Part shown: one piece after another, positions 63,500 to 64,000 of the stretch
Numbering within the stretch: the first letter of the stretch is position 1
Layout: each line of letters begins with the position of its first letter
NCBI RefSeq assembly: GCF_036321535.1
Contig: NC_087436.1
Span: 65,226,001 to 65,290,000 of the forward strand
Reading direction: 5' to 3'
Length of the DNA stretch: 64,000 bases
DNA from: Camelus dromedarius
Lineage: Eukaryota
Made by a program: the position numbers and the translations under genes
Notes under the pieces: model-generated
The model's input: the letters and a program-made list of their open reading frames with translations, nothing else
Told to the model about the DNA's origin: nothing
The model's database searches: none

Positions 63500-64000
63500 T
63501 TATTTTTAAAATAATGCCTGTCAGTGTCAGAATAATTACAGAACAGAAAAGATCACCTATAACCTGTTTATCCAGATGTAAAGTTTGGGGATAATTTTAC
63601 TAATTTACTTTTCAGTATATTTTAAATATATTACAATCATAATATATATGAAATTATGTATTCTTCTCCATTTAGTTTTATATAAGAAACTACATTACTC
63701 AATATGTTTTCTGATATTCATAGCCATAAAATATCCTTTTTTAGGGTTATGCTTATAAAGATTTTCCTTCCTCTGTGCATATTATTTCTGTTATTTCCAA
63801 TTAATGTATACTAAATAAGACTGTTAAGAATCATTTAGTTAAAAGTTATTAGCATGTTTCTCAGACTGTCTCTGTGAGATAATTTCCTATAGGCGGAATT
63901 TCTGAGTCAAGAAAATAAACTTTTAGAGTTGGGATAAATTTGAGCAATTCTATCAGTCAAAACTCTGCCAACTTATTCTTCCACCTGGAGGGTAAAATAA
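63500..64000 (-). mobile_element. Old L1ME/MC-type 3' fragment
   Basis: aagatcacctataacc, gataatttcctataggcggaatttctgagtcaaga resemble reverse L1M 3' region. Confidence 0.6.

Overview
This is 64 kb of AT-rich, CpG-depleted mammalian (eutherian) genomic DNA that reads as a large intron or intergenic region. I find no full protein-coding gene, tRNA/rRNA or CRISPR array. The ORF track is mostly noise, plus a few decayed transposon frames (Tigger1 transposase, L1 ORF2 C-terminus). The window is a mosaic of fossil transposable elements: L2, MIR, old L1M, MaLR/ERVL LTRs, and hAT and Tigger DNA transposons. Younger 5'-truncated L1 ends with intact target-site duplications (TSDs) and one well-preserved 625-bp ERV2-type solo LTR are also present. 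The L1 3' ends, a short Tigger1a_Art-like element and the apparent lack of Alu/B1/Bov-A/PRE-1/Can-SINEs suggest a cetartiodactyl, possibly a camelid (inference). The best structural observations are an L1 3' transduction with its own ATTAAA signal and a triplicated TSD (62389-62776), two shorter transduction-like tails, and a twin-priming L1 inversion. Weaker leads are template-switch hairpins, a candidate 39-nt microexon in a repeat-poor block, and recursive-splice-site-like motifs. I cannot support a new biological system. Repeat subfamily names come from recalled consensus sequences, and boundaries of old repeats are approximate.
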